DNA of 64,000 nucleotides from an uncultured Verrucomicrobiae bacterium (lineage in GTDB: Bacteria; Verrucomicrobiota; Verrucomicrobiia; Limisphaerales; Palsa-1400), in NCBI GenBank assembly GCA_963764165.1, contig CAVXRD010000002.1, positions 1,942,232 through 2,006,231 of the forward strand. Reading direction: 5' to 3'. A program made the position numbers and the translations under genes. Below are positions 51,113-61,500 of the stretch, piece by piece. Position 1 is the stretch's first letter. Each line of letters opens with the position of its first letter. The notes beneath the pieces are model-generated. The model was not told where the DNA came from. It searched no databases and saw nothing but the letters and a program-made list of their open reading frames with translations.

Positions 51113-51886
51113 CTAACTGCGAGTCTTGATCTCCAGGTTGGCGAAGGCGTTGTTGCCGAATTCCTGGCCGCCGCGCGCGCCGGCTTCGACCGGGCGGGCT
51201 TCCTTGCCATCCCGAATCGGAACCGCGTTGGGGGACGGCGTTCTCGCTGGCACAACCACGACCGGCGTGACGGCTGCGGGGCCGGAACCGTTGCCTGCAA
51301 CACTCTCAGGCGAGCCTTTGGGATTCTTGGCCCGTTTAGCTCGCGGCAGAGGGCTCAGCATGACGTTGATGCCCTTGCCAATCAATTTCGCCGGGGCATC
51401 GGGATGCCCAAAGGGCATGAGGCTCTGCACCAATCGCTCCACCTGCTGAAAGCCGATTTCTTTGTGCGCCATCTCGCGGCCGCGAAAACGCAGGGTGACC
51501 TTCACCTTCATGTCTTCGCAAAGAAAATCGATGGCGTGCTGGAGCTTGGTCGAAAAATCGTGCGGATCAATATTAGGGCTGAGTTGAATTTCCTTAACCT
51601 TGTTCGCGTGCTGGTGCTTGCGGGATTCCTTCTCGCGCTTGGCTTGTTCATAACGGTATTTTCCGAAATCAACCAACCGGCATACGGGCGGCACGGCGGC
51701 CGGATTGACTTCAACCAGGTCGACACCTTGGGCGCGGGCCATATTGATCGCCTCGCCGAGAGGGATGACACCGATATTTTTCTGGTCTCCATCAATGACG
51801 CGGACTTCCCGGGCGCGAATTTTCCCATTAACGCGCGTGAAGGAAGCGGGTGGAGTAAACGGACGGGAAGGGAAAGGGCGACTCAA
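51113..51886 (-). CDS. infC: Translation initiation factor IF-3 with long C-terminal extension
   Basis: Core INGKIRAREVRVID ... LVEVNP..PPVCRLVDFGKYRYE ... VTLRFRGREMAH. The ORF-track start is TTG. The true start is uncertain because IF-3 genes often use atypical start codons. Confidence 0.85.
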   Translation of the reverse strand: MSRPFPSRPFTPPASFTRVNGKIRAREVRVIDGDQKNIGVIPLGEAINMARAQGVDLVEVNPAAVPPVCRLVDFGKYRYEQAKREKESRKHQHANKVKEIQLSPNIDPHDFSTKLQHAIDFLCEDMKVKVTLRFRGREMAHKEIGFQQVERLVQSLMPFGHPDAPAKLIGKGINVMLSPLPRAKRAKNPKGSPESVAGNGSGPAAVTPVVVVPARTPSPNAVPIRDGKEARPVEAGARGGQEFGNNAFANLEIKTRS

Positions 51887-52257
51887 GAGGCCCTCACGGG
51901 TTCGAATTTGTTCATGTACGATTCAACAAGTGTTCAAACAACCGGGCAAGCCCGGCTACTTTCAATACTAAAGCTTCTTTTGAACATTTTGCAAGTTGAA
52001 TTGTTAAGATCGAATCTTGCAAAGGAAACGCGAAATATTTTTCACTTTCAAGGAACCCGTGAAGATTCGTTAAGCATTTGAACCTCAATCATTTATAATT
52101 ATAGCAAAGAAACCGGGGCGTATTAGCCCGAAATATTTGCGCTAAAGTCCGAACCACTTGACGCCGATAGGGGTTTTTACCGGGTTAACTCGATGAAATG
52201 GAATTATCCAGGAGTTGTCATGTCCCGCTTTTTTGGGCACCGGCGGGAATGTCATAA

Positions 52258-54528
52258 ATGAACGCGGCAAACAGCACCGCCGGAAGCATGGAATTAACAG
52301 GCGAGCATCTTAAGCCTGCGCTGCTGATTTCTTTGTTGAGCGTGTGGATGCTGGTGGGTGTTTTCTATTTCCTCAACACCTACACGCGCAAGCGCTACTT
52401 TACCATCTGGACGGCTGCGTGGCTTTTCTACGCGCTATGGTTGTCACTCATTTTCTGGGCGCAAATGATGCTGGGCCGGTCAACCAGCGTGGTTTGGCTT
52501 CAGGAATGGTGCCTTTCGGTCTCGGCGCTGTTCCTGCTATGGGGAAGCTTTCGATTCCTCGGGCAGCGGGTGAAGCAGCGGCTCATCGGTTTGAGCATTA
52601 TTTTTCTGCTGGGGTGGAGCTACGTGGATGCCTTTGGGCTGGATGGCAAGATGCATGCCCAGTTGCATGGCACGGTGTTCGCTTTCATCGGGCTGGCCAG
52701 TCTGATAACCGCGGGGGCGTTCTTCCAATATCGGCGCAGGCGGGCATTCTTGGGGGCGGCCTTGCTGGCCGTCGGATTTTTCTGCTGGGGCGGATATCTC
52801 GTTGCCTACCCGATGTTCGAAACACCCCTTCTTGAAGCGACCGGCTATCTCATTTCGGCGGTGCTGCAATTGTTGATCGCCGTCAGCATGATTATCCTGG
52901 TGTTGGAACAGGTGCGATATAATCACCAGCGCCGGCACTTCTTTGAACGTGAGAAACTCCAAACCACTGTGTGGTTCAGCGAGGAACGTTACCAGCGCCT
53001 CTTCCAGCAGGCGCAGGAGCCGATTGTCATCGCGGCGCGTTCGGATCTTCGCCTTATGGAGCTGAATAAGGCGGCTGAAAATCTGCTTGGCATTGACCTC
53101 TCGCAAGCCACGGCGCAATCGCTGGTTTCCGTTTGCCAGATCAAGACGGAGCGAGAGACTGCGCCGACCTCGGGTCCGCAATGGTTCGACCTGATTTGCT
53201 CCCAGCGCCCGCTGCGGCTCATGCATAAAAGCGGGAAGAGCATCCCGGTGGATCTCGTGGGCGCGCCGGTGGATTTCGGCGGGCAGAGAGCCTACCAATT
53301 TTTCTTCCGGGAAATCACCGACCGCTCCCGGATGGAACAGCAATTGCGCCAGGCTGAAAAATTGTCGTCCCTGGGGCAAATGATTTCGGGAGTGGCCCAT
53401 GAATTGAATAATCCGCTCGCGGTCATTGGCGGGTATTTGGAACTCATTCTCGCCAGTCATCCTTTGCCGGAAAAAACAAGGCAGGACCTGGAAAAAGTCG
53501 CGCATGAAAGCAGCCGGGCCGCCCGCCTGGTCCGAAACTTTCTGGCTTTCTCCCGTTCGCGGCCTGCGCAGCGGCAGATGTCCAGCATCAACGACCTCAT
53601 CAACGGCGTCGTTGAACTCCGGAAATTCGATTTGTCGCTGGCGCGCATTGAACTCGGCACCGTGCTGGATCCGTTTTTGCCGACGACCAGTGTCGAGCCG
53701 GATCAAATCCAGCAGATTCTCATAATATTGATCAACAACGCGATGCAGGCCATGGACGGAACCCCGGATCCTCGGCGCATTCGGTTGAGCACAGCGGTGC
53801 GGGATGGGCGGATCAGAATTCTAGTCGAGGACAACGGCCCGGGAGTGCCCTCGGATATCGAGATGCGAATCTTCGAGCCATTTTTCACTACGAAGGACGT
53901 GGGCGTCGGGACCGGGTTGGGCCTGTCCATCGCGCACAGCATCATGACCGAGCATGGCGGAAGCATCCATTACGAGAAGGCCGCCCTTGGCGGGGCCGGG
54001 TTCGTGCTGGATCTGCCGGTTGTCACCGCCGAAGCGCCCCAAGCTTCCACCACGCAAATTATTTCGCTCCCGAACTTGCCGGAATTGACCCCGACGTCCG
54101 TGTCCGCGAAAATCCTCATTGTGGACGACGAAAAAGCGATTGTCGAAATGCTGGGGGAAATGCTGGATTTGCTGGGCCATCAGCCGACACTCTGCAATTC
54201 CGCCGCGGAAGGGCTCAAGAAAATCCGCGCCATTAAATTTGACTTGGTTCTTTCCGATCTGCGCATGCCGGAAATTGACGGCCCTCAATTTTACCGCAGC
54301 GCCGTGGAAATTGAGGAGCGGCTGCAACGGCGATTCATTTTTTTGACAGGCGACACCGTAAATGAGGAGACAAAGGCGTTTCTCAAATCCGCCGGCCAGC
54401 CCTACCTCGCCAAACCCTTCCGCCTGGCCAGCATCGAGGAAGTTACCCGGCGAACGCTCGTGGCCGCGCAGGAAGATGTCTCGGAACCGCAAGAACTGGT
54501 GGGCCGGTCGGCGTCGGGTTCCTCATAA
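52258..54528 (+). CDS. Hybrid sensor histidine kinase (multi-TM sensor, PAS, HisKA, HATPase, receiver)
   Basis: 756 aa, ~7 N-terminal TM segments. H-box SGVAHELNNPL, G-box GTGLGLSI, C-terminal receiver ILIVDDEKAIVEML...LVLSDLRMPEIDG. Confidence 0.9.
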   Translation: MNAANSTAGSMELTGEHLKPALLISLLSVWMLVGVFYFLNTYTRKRYFTIWTAAWLFYALWLSLIFWAQMMLGRSTSVVWLQEWCLSVSALFLLWGSFRFLGQRVKQRLIGLSIIFLLGWSYVDAFGLDGKMHAQLHGTVFAFIGLASLITAGAFFQYRRRRAFLGAALLAVGFFCWGGYLVAYPMFETPLLEATGYLISAVLQLLIAVSMIILVLEQVRYNHQRRHFFEREKLQTTVWFSEERYQRLFQQAQEPIVIAARSDLRLMELNKAAENLLGIDLSQATAQSLVSVCQIKTERETAPTSGPQWFDLICSQRPLRLMHKSGKSIPVDLVGAPVDFGGQRAYQFFFREITDRSRMEQQLRQAEKLSSLGQMISGVAHELNNPLAVIGGYLELILASHPLPEKTRQDLEKVAHESSRAARLVRNFLAFSRSRPAQRQMSSINDLINGVVELRKFDLSLARIELGTVLDPFLPTTSVEPDQIQQILIILINNAMQAMDGTPDPRRIRLSTAVRDGRIRILVEDNGPGVPSDIEMRIFEPFFTTKDVGVGTGLGLSIAHSIMTEHGGSIHYEKAALGGAGFVLDLPVVTAEAPQASTTQIISLPNLPELTPTSVSAKILIVDDEKAIVEMLGEMLDLLGHQPTLCNSAAEGLKKIRAIKFDLVLSDLRMPEIDGPQFYRSAVEIEERLQRRFIFLTGDTVNEETKAFLKSAGQPYLAKPFRLASIEEVTRRTLVAAQEDVSEPQELVGRSASGSS

Positions 54529-54793
54529 TTCTCATTCCGTCCTCTTCATAATCTTTGAAAGAGTTCAACAACCGCATCGTTAGTATCCGCTTCCAATAAG
54601 AACGAAGCAGTGAAGACAGTTGTCTCACGCCCGTTTTAGGGAGTTTTTTCAACTTTTGCCGTGACAGAACGGGCGGGGTCGACTACTGTTTGCCCGTTAC
54701 CAAAAAGCAACTCGGCGGCATAACCGTCTCTATGAAAGAAAAGTCGACCCATTCCGTCGGCAGCTCTCGCCGAGCTGGCGCTTCTGCTATTTT

Positions 54794-57574
54794 ATGAAAA
54801 CACCATTCCGCAACTCGAAACGTCTTTTCGTTCTTCTATCCATCGCCTCGGTTTCCTTCGGGCCATCCGCGGCGCTCCATGCCCAAACGCTCACTCATCG
54901 TTACAGCTTCCAGGATCCGGCCGGCAGCCAGACGTTCGCTGACTCGGTGGGCGGAACGAACTGGGACGGAGTCCTGGTTAATGAATTTTCCGACGCCTAT
55001 TTGACCGGATCAAGCTTGGTGCTGGATGGCAGCGGAGATTACGCTGAATTGCCCGCCGGGCTGATGACCAATTACACACAGATCACGGTGGAATTTTGGG
55101 CGGATTTAAGTTCCGGCAATCCCACCTGGACGCGTGTTTTCTCGTTCGGCGACCAAAATTCGAGCGGCGGAAAGAATTCGGGTGTCGATTACTGCCACTA
55201 CGCAGGCGGCAATTACCAAAACCTCGACGTATTGAGCACAAACGGGGCGGACGCTTACGCTAATAATAATTCCGGCCTCAACGGCGCGACCGGCGTTCAC
55301 GTCACCGTTGTAGTCGATCCAGTCCACAGCAACATGCTCTACTACAACGGCATCTCCGTTGTATCCACGCAGCACGGCAATCCGGCTCCGCTGTCCCAGA
55401 TGAACGACACATACAATTTGATCGGCAAATCTCTCTACAACGCCGATCCGACCCTCGCCGCGACGCTTTACGAATTCCGCGTTTACAGCGGAGCGCTTTC
55501 GGAATCGGCGGTGGTTTTGAACGATGCGGCCGGTCCTGGCGTTTATTTGACGAGCCCTGGCGCCATTCAATCGTTGATTTTCAGCAACAACGTTAATCCG
55601 CTGATTGTCCACCAAAGCTCGCAGGAAACTGTCATCGGCAATTTTCCCAGCGTTACCAATCTTAACCTTGCGCTCTATGGCGGCGTCACCTATAGCTCCG
55701 CGAATACGAATATCGTGACGATCAGCACGAATGGCGTCGTCAAGGGCATCGGTCAGGGCACCACGAGCATTATTGCGACTTACGGAAGCCTCTCCGTCAC
55801 CAACAGCATTACGGTCGTGTCCGTTCCGACGGCGCTGGTGCATCGCTATAGCTTTGCGAGTGACGCGAGCGACTCCGTCGGCGGCGCCAACGGCACGCTG
55901 ATGGGCGATGCTTCAGTCTCGGGCCAGCTCGTCCTGGACGGCGGCGGGTATGTGAGCCTGCCGGGAAACATCATCAACATCCCAACCAACGCGGCCGTGA
56001 CATTCGAAGCATGGGTTTCAATTGGGCAAACGGCGGAATGGTCGCACATGTTTGAGTTCGGCGCGACGGCGGCCAACAACGTTTACTGCGCGCCAGCGGC
56101 CGACGCGGGCGGCTTCCACGAATTTGGATTGAGCGAAGGTTTCTCCGGCGGCAACACGCTGAGCTGGGCGCACGGCTGGGCGAACACCACCTTTCATTAC
56201 ACCGGCATTATCGATCCAACCACCTCGACGCTGGCCGTTTATTCCAACGGCGTCATAATGCAGGCCATCTACAATGCTTCAGCGCCTCTCACGGATATTT
56301 CCACCAACAACGCCACCATCGGCATGTCCAGCTACGGGGATCCCGATGCGACGTTCACGATGAAGGAATTCCGCATTTACAACGGCGCGCTGACGCCGGC
56401 GCAAATCGCGATGAGCGATGTGAACGGGCCGGCCGCAACGAACTTCAACCCGGGCACGCTGAATTCCATCACCGTGATTCCGACCAACTACCCCGCGTTC
56501 ACTCCGCTGGTGGCGCCGGTGGTCAAGGCTAATTATTCAATCCTTGGGAACTTCAACCTGCTGCCGAACACGTTCGCCGCGGAAGAAGGGCTGGTGGTGA
56601 CTTCGAGCGATCCAACCATCGTGAGCGTCAATTCGCAGAACATGCTGACGACGCTCCGGCCCGGCACGGTTACCTTGACCGCTACGTATCTTGGCAAGAG
56701 CAGCAGCGCGACGGTGAGCGTGGCGAATCAAGCCGTGCTGGCGCATCGCTACAGCTTCACGAATGATGCCAGCGATTCTGTCGGCGGCGCCGATGGCACG
56801 CTGGTCGGCACGGCGAGTGTCTCCGGCGGCCAGGTGCAATTGGACGGCGGCAGCGGGGATTACGTGAATCTGCCCGGCGGTTTGCTGAGTTCTTACGACT
56901 CCGCCACGATGGATATCTGGGCCACCATCAGCAGCAGCCAGCAGCATTGGTCGCGCCTGTGGGAATTTGCCGACATCGGCCCGGCCACGGCGAACGAACT
57001 GTATTTCGCCCCCGCCTGGAACGGCGGCGCCAACGCGGCCTTCTTTAGCTACGGAGTGCCGTTCGGCGGCGCAAATCTCGGGCCGCAGAGTCCGGCGCTG
57101 GTCAATCAAACTGTGCATTTGACATGCGTGCTGGGCGACGGCGCGATTGATCTCTACACAAATGGATCGCTGTATATGTCCACCACCAATTACATCGCCC
57201 CAGCCAGCCAGGCGGGCATTGTGGGAAGCTGGATCGGCTTTTCGCCCTACGGCGATCCTGGAATCACCGGCTCTGTCGATGAATACCGCATTTACCAAGG
57301 CCGCCTTTCACCGGAAGAAATTGCAGCCTCCGATGTGCTGGGGCCGAATGCGACGCTCTCCACCACGCCGGGCGCACTGACGGTTTCGGCGGCTTCTGGA
57401 AGCATCACGCTGTCCTGGCCGGTCGCCAGCGCTGGCTTCGCGGTGCAATCCACCACGGATTTGAGCACGCATAAATGGACCACTTTGACCAACGCGCCAA
57501 CATTGTCCGGCTCGCAGTGGCAGGTGACATTGCCGAAATCCGGCGCGGATCAATTTTTCCGGCTGATCCGGTAG
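54794..57574 (+). CDS. Secreted multi-LamG (concanavalin-like lectin) / Ig-like repeat protein
   Basis: 926 aa, signal peptide. Three repeats opening with HRYSF..DASDSVGG..GTL.G. Big_2-like segments. C-terminal tail module ending FFRLIR. Confidence 0.8.
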   Translation: MKTPFRNSKRLFVLLSIASVSFGPSAALHAQTLTHRYSFQDPAGSQTFADSVGGTNWDGVLVNEFSDAYLTGSSLVLDGSGDYAELPAGLMTNYTQITVEFWADLSSGNPTWTRVFSFGDQNSSGGKNSGVDYCHYAGGNYQNLDVLSTNGADAYANNNSGLNGATGVHVTVVVDPVHSNMLYYNGISVVSTQHGNPAPLSQMNDTYNLIGKSLYNADPTLAATLYEFRVYSGALSESAVVLNDAAGPGVYLTSPGAIQSLIFSNNVNPLIVHQSSQETVIGNFPSVTNLNLALYGGVTYSSANTNIVTISTNGVVKGIGQGTTSIIATYGSLSVTNSITVVSVPTALVHRYSFASDASDSVGGANGTLMGDASVSGQLVLDGGGYVSLPGNIINIPTNAAVTFEAWVSIGQTAEWSHMFEFGATAANNVYCAPAADAGGFHEFGLSEGFSGGNTLSWAHGWANTTFHYTGIIDPTTSTLAVYSNGVIMQAIYNASAPLTDISTNNATIGMSSYGDPDATFTMKEFRIYNGALTPAQIAMSDVNGPAATNFNPGTLNSITVIPTNYPAFTPLVAPVVKANYSILGNFNLLPNTFAAEEGLVVTSSDPTIVSVNSQNMLTTLRPGTVTLTATYLGKSSSATVSVANQAVLAHRYSFTNDASDSVGGADGTLVGTASVSGGQVQLDGGSGDYVNLPGGLLSSYDSATMDIWATISSSQQHWSRLWEFADIGPATANELYFAPAWNGGANAAFFSYGVPFGGANLGPQSPALVNQTVHLTCVLGDGAIDLYTNGSLYMSTTNYIAPASQAGIVGSWIGFSPYGDPGITGSVDEYRIYQGRLSPEEIAASDVLGPNATLSTTPGALTVSAASGSITLSWPVASAGFAVQSTTDLSTHKWTTLTNAPTLSGSQWQVTLPKSGADQFFRLIR

Positions 57575-57583
57575 TGATTCACA

Positions 57584-57627
57584 CGCCGCCACCGCCAATT
57601 TCCGCTGGCGGTGGCGGCGGCGTTTTT
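57584..57627 (+). terminator. Strong rho-independent terminator
   Basis: 14-bp perfect stem cgccgccaccgcca / tggcggtggcggcg, 8-nt loop, then gcg-ttttt. Starts 10 nt after the stop codon. Confidence 0.75.
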
Positions 57628-57684
57628 GATAGGCAGCGGGAGACAAAGCAGAATTGTATTTGTGATCGTATTAGGAGGAATTGG

Positions 57685-57790
57685 AGGCAGGGACGCCTCG
57701 CCGAGGCGTCCGGTTGCGCGGGAAAGTTTTTGTGGGCCGCACCGTTCAAGGACACCTCACCCCGGACGCCTCGGCGAGGCGTCCCTGCCT
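57685..57790. repeat. GGACGCCTCGCCGAGGCGTCC-family palindromic repeats (perfect 29-bp inverted pair)
   Basis: aggcagggacgcctcgccgaggcgtccgg (57685-57713) is the exact reverse complement of 57762-57790. Each arm is itself palindromic. Confidence 0.85.
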
Positions 57791-57805
57791 TCACGAGGCA
57801 GTTCG

Positions 57806-58561
57806 TTGGCAGCCTCGCCCCACCGCGATTTCGTTAAAAATTCGCGAAGTGTCCAATCCGCCTTCACCCTGATTGAATTGCTGGTGGTCATTGCCATTAT
57901 AGCCATATTGGCGGCGATGCTGCTGCCAGTTCTGGCCAAGGCGAAGGAGGATGGCAAACGCACCCAATGCAAAAACAACATGCATCAGTTGGGCATCGCG
58001 ACGCTTATGTACGCGCAGGACAATCGCGATATGCTGCCGGATTTGCAGTACGAAGGCGCGTGGTTTTGGGATATGAATCGAACCGCCGCCTCAAACCTGC
58101 TGGTGAACATTAGCAAGAGCACGACGGTGTTCTACTGTCCGAATGAGTATTATTTGTATAACAACGGTTCGCCGGATGCGTGGGACGCCTTTCCCGAATA
58201 TGTTGTGACCGGCTATGGCTGGTTGTTTCCGCATAGCCCAATCATGACGAACAACGAGAATCCGCAAATCAGTGGCACAAACATGGTGACCAAAATCACC
58301 GAGGGCCGCCCCGGCCGCGGCGTCTCGGCCACGGAAATGATCATCGACGCCACCATATTCGAGGCGAGCCTTTCTGGGGGATTGATTTATTACGATATCG
58401 GCGCGGCGGGCAGCACAAAGGTGCGGTCGGCCCATCTGAATGTGAACAACAGCCCGGCGGGTGGAAATATCTGTTTTCTCGACAACCACGTGGAGTGGCG
58501 CCCCTTCAAGGCGATGACAAATAACCTGACGACAGATTCGGGAATATATTTTAAGTTCTGA
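57806..58561 (+). CDS. Prepilin-type N-terminal cleavage/methylation domain protein (DUF1559/H-X9-DG type)
   Basis: [26 protein letters not shown] and C-terminal [13 protein letters not shown]. Start set at the in-frame TTG just after the repeat; the ORF-track start at 57611 would translate the repeat. Confidence 0.8.
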   Translation: MAASPHRDFVKNSRSVQSAFTLIELLVVIAIIAILAAMLLPVLAKAKEDGKRTQCKNNMHQLGIATLMYAQDNRDMLPDLQYEGAWFWDMNRTAASNLLVNISKSTTVFYCPNEYYLYNNGSPDAWDAFPEYVVTGYGWLFPHSPIMTNNENPQISGTNMVTKITEGRPGRGVSATEMIIDATIFEASLSGGLIYYDIGAAGSTKVRSAHLNVNNSPAGGNICFLDNHVEWRPFKAMTNNLTTDSGIYFKF

Positions 58562-58562
58562 G

Positions 58563-61500
58563 ATGCGTTCTGAATGTCTGCTGAGAGGTGGGGATGTCTC
58601 ACCGAGGCGTCCGGGCCGACGTGCAAAAAGGATTGATGTGCCGGAATTGAGAGAACCTCACTCCGGACGCCTCGGCGAGGCGTCCCTGCCTCGCCTCGCG
58701 ACCACGAGAGGAAAATTTTCGGTAATTTGGGCCCTGCTGTTGGTGTCGGTGATTTTCGCCGAGCTTCCTGTCCGCGCGCAATCCTCCGGCCCTCCGCTTC
58801 GCGGTTATCTCACGGCGCACGATCCATCCACAGTCATTCAATGCAAGAATCGCTACTATATGTTTTACACGGGCCAGGGGATTCTCTCCAAGTCCTCGAG
58901 CGACCGTGTGTTCTGGGCGCCTGGGCCGGCTGTTTTTTCCAATCCCCCGGCGTGGACGTCGAACGCGGTGCCGGGATTCACGGGTTTGTTCTGGGCGCCG
59001 GACGTTTTGTATTTCAATAATCTGTATCACCTCTGGTACGCGGTTTCGACCTTTGGCAGTCAGGTTTCCGCAATTGGCCTTGTGACCAGTCCGACGCTTG
59101 ACCCAACAGATCCCACTTGCAAATGGACCGATCAAGGGCCGGTGATCACTTCGACGAACGGCTCGCCTTACAACACCATCGACCCGAGCTTCACTTGGGA
59201 TGGCGCGGGGAATTTGTGGATGGCGTTTGGCTCGTATTGGAACGGCATTTACATGGTGCAATTGAATGCCACCAACGGGCTGCGCATTTCGGCCAATTCT
59301 CCAACTTACCACCTGGCCTACAACAGTTCGATTGAAGCTTCCTATGTTTACAAACGCGGCGGCTATTATTATCTCTTTGCCGATTGGGGTTCGTGCTGTT
59401 CGGGGGTGAACAGCACTTACAATATTCGCATGGGCCGCAGCACGAGCGTGACCGGCCCTTACCTCGATCAAAATGGGGTCGATATGGTGAACAACGGCGG
59501 GACGCTTTTTCAGGGGCCGACCGGCAAATTCGTTGGCCCCGGCCATGTCGGCATCTTGAATCTGAACGGCACCCAATGGTGGAGCTACCATTATTACGAC
59601 GCCAACGCGTGGGCTCCGCAATACGGCGCCTACGGCGCTCCGGACTTGGCCTTGGTGCCGTTGTCGTGGACGACCGACAACTGGCCCACCTTCACCAACA
59701 CTTGGTCGGCCCTTTACCGATTCCAAGCTGACGCGCGCGATGACAACGGCCAGTTTTACGGCTTGCTGGAAAACGGGGCGGAGGTCCTGACAAATTCCAT
59801 TTATGGCCACGTGCTCAATCTTAACGGAAATGACCAATTCGCGTGGCTTCCGCCCGGCGCGGGTTATGGGCAGACATTTGCCGCAGTCGTCAATTGGCGC
59901 GGCGGGGCGGATTGGCAGAGAATTTTCGACTTCGGCGTCAACACTGCGGCCACAGTTATGTTGACAGCAGCGTCGAGCGACAACGCGCTTCGCTGCGACA
60001 TCAATCCCGGCGGCAATCTGCAAACCGTGCAATGGACCAAGCCGCTGCCGACCAATGCGTGGACGCATGTCGCGGTGACGTTCAATGGTTCGCAGGGCGT
60101 TCTTTACGTCAACGGCCTGCCTGTGGCGACCAACACCTCCATGACGCTTGAGCCGTTCAATGTCGCCCCGCAAACCAACGCGCTCGGCCAGAGCAAATTC
60201 TCCGCCGACCCGTATTTCAACGGGCAGTACGCCGCGTTCCGCGCTTATTCGCACGCTCTGAGCCCGCAGGAAATCGTCGCGCCCGTCCCCGAGATTTCTC
60301 AGCCGGCCGACGGATCCGCGTATACGCCCGGGGCCACGATTTCATTCGCCGGAACTGCCACCGATTTTGCCGCCGTGCCGCTCGCCGCCGCGAATTTGAC
60401 GTGGCAAATCAATTATATTCAGGATCACGTTACAAATGCGGTCTATGGGCCCGTTTCAGGAATTTCAAACGGCGCGTATATAATCCCGACGAATTCCACA
60501 GGCGGCGGAAATTACGTCGTCGTTCTCACCGCGGCGGATAAGTCGAATCGCGTGGCCACCGCGACCGCGACGCTGTCACCCGCCAATCCGCCCGCAGGCT
60601 GGTCATCTTATTTTCCGCTGCAAAGCGACGCGAACGACGCCAATGGCCATTACAACGGAACTCTGCACGGCGGCGCCTCGTTCGTGAACGACGCGGTGCG
60701 CGGAAATGTATTGAGCCTCAACGGCAACAGCCAGTACGTCAGCTTTCCTCCCGGCCTCGGCGGGATGCTGACGTTCATGGCGTGGGTGAAATGGAACGGC
60801 GGCGCGGAATGGCAGCGCATTTATGACTTCGGCAACGACACGAATTTTTACAGCGTGCTGACGCCGGCGGCCTCGAGCGGCGATCTCCGTTTCAACATCA
60901 GCGTGGACAGCACTGGCGGCGAACAAATCATTGACGCGCCGGGGCCGTTGCCTATTGGAGTATGGACGCATGTGGCGGTGGTGATGGATGGGGATTCGGT
61001 CACGCTTTATACGAACGGAATCCCGGTTGGGACGAATCTCCACGCGAATCTTTCCCCCGTCAGCCTCAATGCGACCAACATTTATTTTGGAAAAAGCCAG
61101 TGGCCGGCTGATCCCTATTTCAATGGCGAATTGAGCGACGTGCGCATTTTCTCGTATCCACTCGCCTCGAACCAAATCGCCGCTCCACAAATTACGATTC
61201 AGCAGCCCGCCCAAGGCTCCATGTGCAGCCCGGGCAACACCATTGCCTTCAGCGCCAGCGCGAATGATTTTTCCAACACGCCTATCGCCGCCGCGAATTT
61301 CATTTGGACTGTAAACTATATTAACGGGAGCACGACGAACGTTGTGGGCGGCCCGTGGAGTGGCGTCGCCAGCGGAACGTTCCTTGTCCCGGCCACGGGG
61401 CCGGCGGCTCGCGGGCATTATCAATTTTCGGTGGCGGTCACGGATTCAGCAGGACGGAGCGGGACGAATAGTTCTTCAATTTACCTCGCTGCGACCGCCA

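Noticed and set aside
57611-57805. N-terminal 65 residues of the ORF-track version of the pseudopilin-like gene
   Set aside because: That stretch is the translation of the palindromic repeat pair (…[10 protein letters not shown]…[10 protein letters not shown]…). A start downstream of the repeat fits the short leader expected before the FTLIELL motif.
58599-60254. 551-aa minus-strand ORF
   Set aside because: Antisense to the GH43 catalytic domain, which has clear family motifs. The product is Arg-rich low-information sequence.
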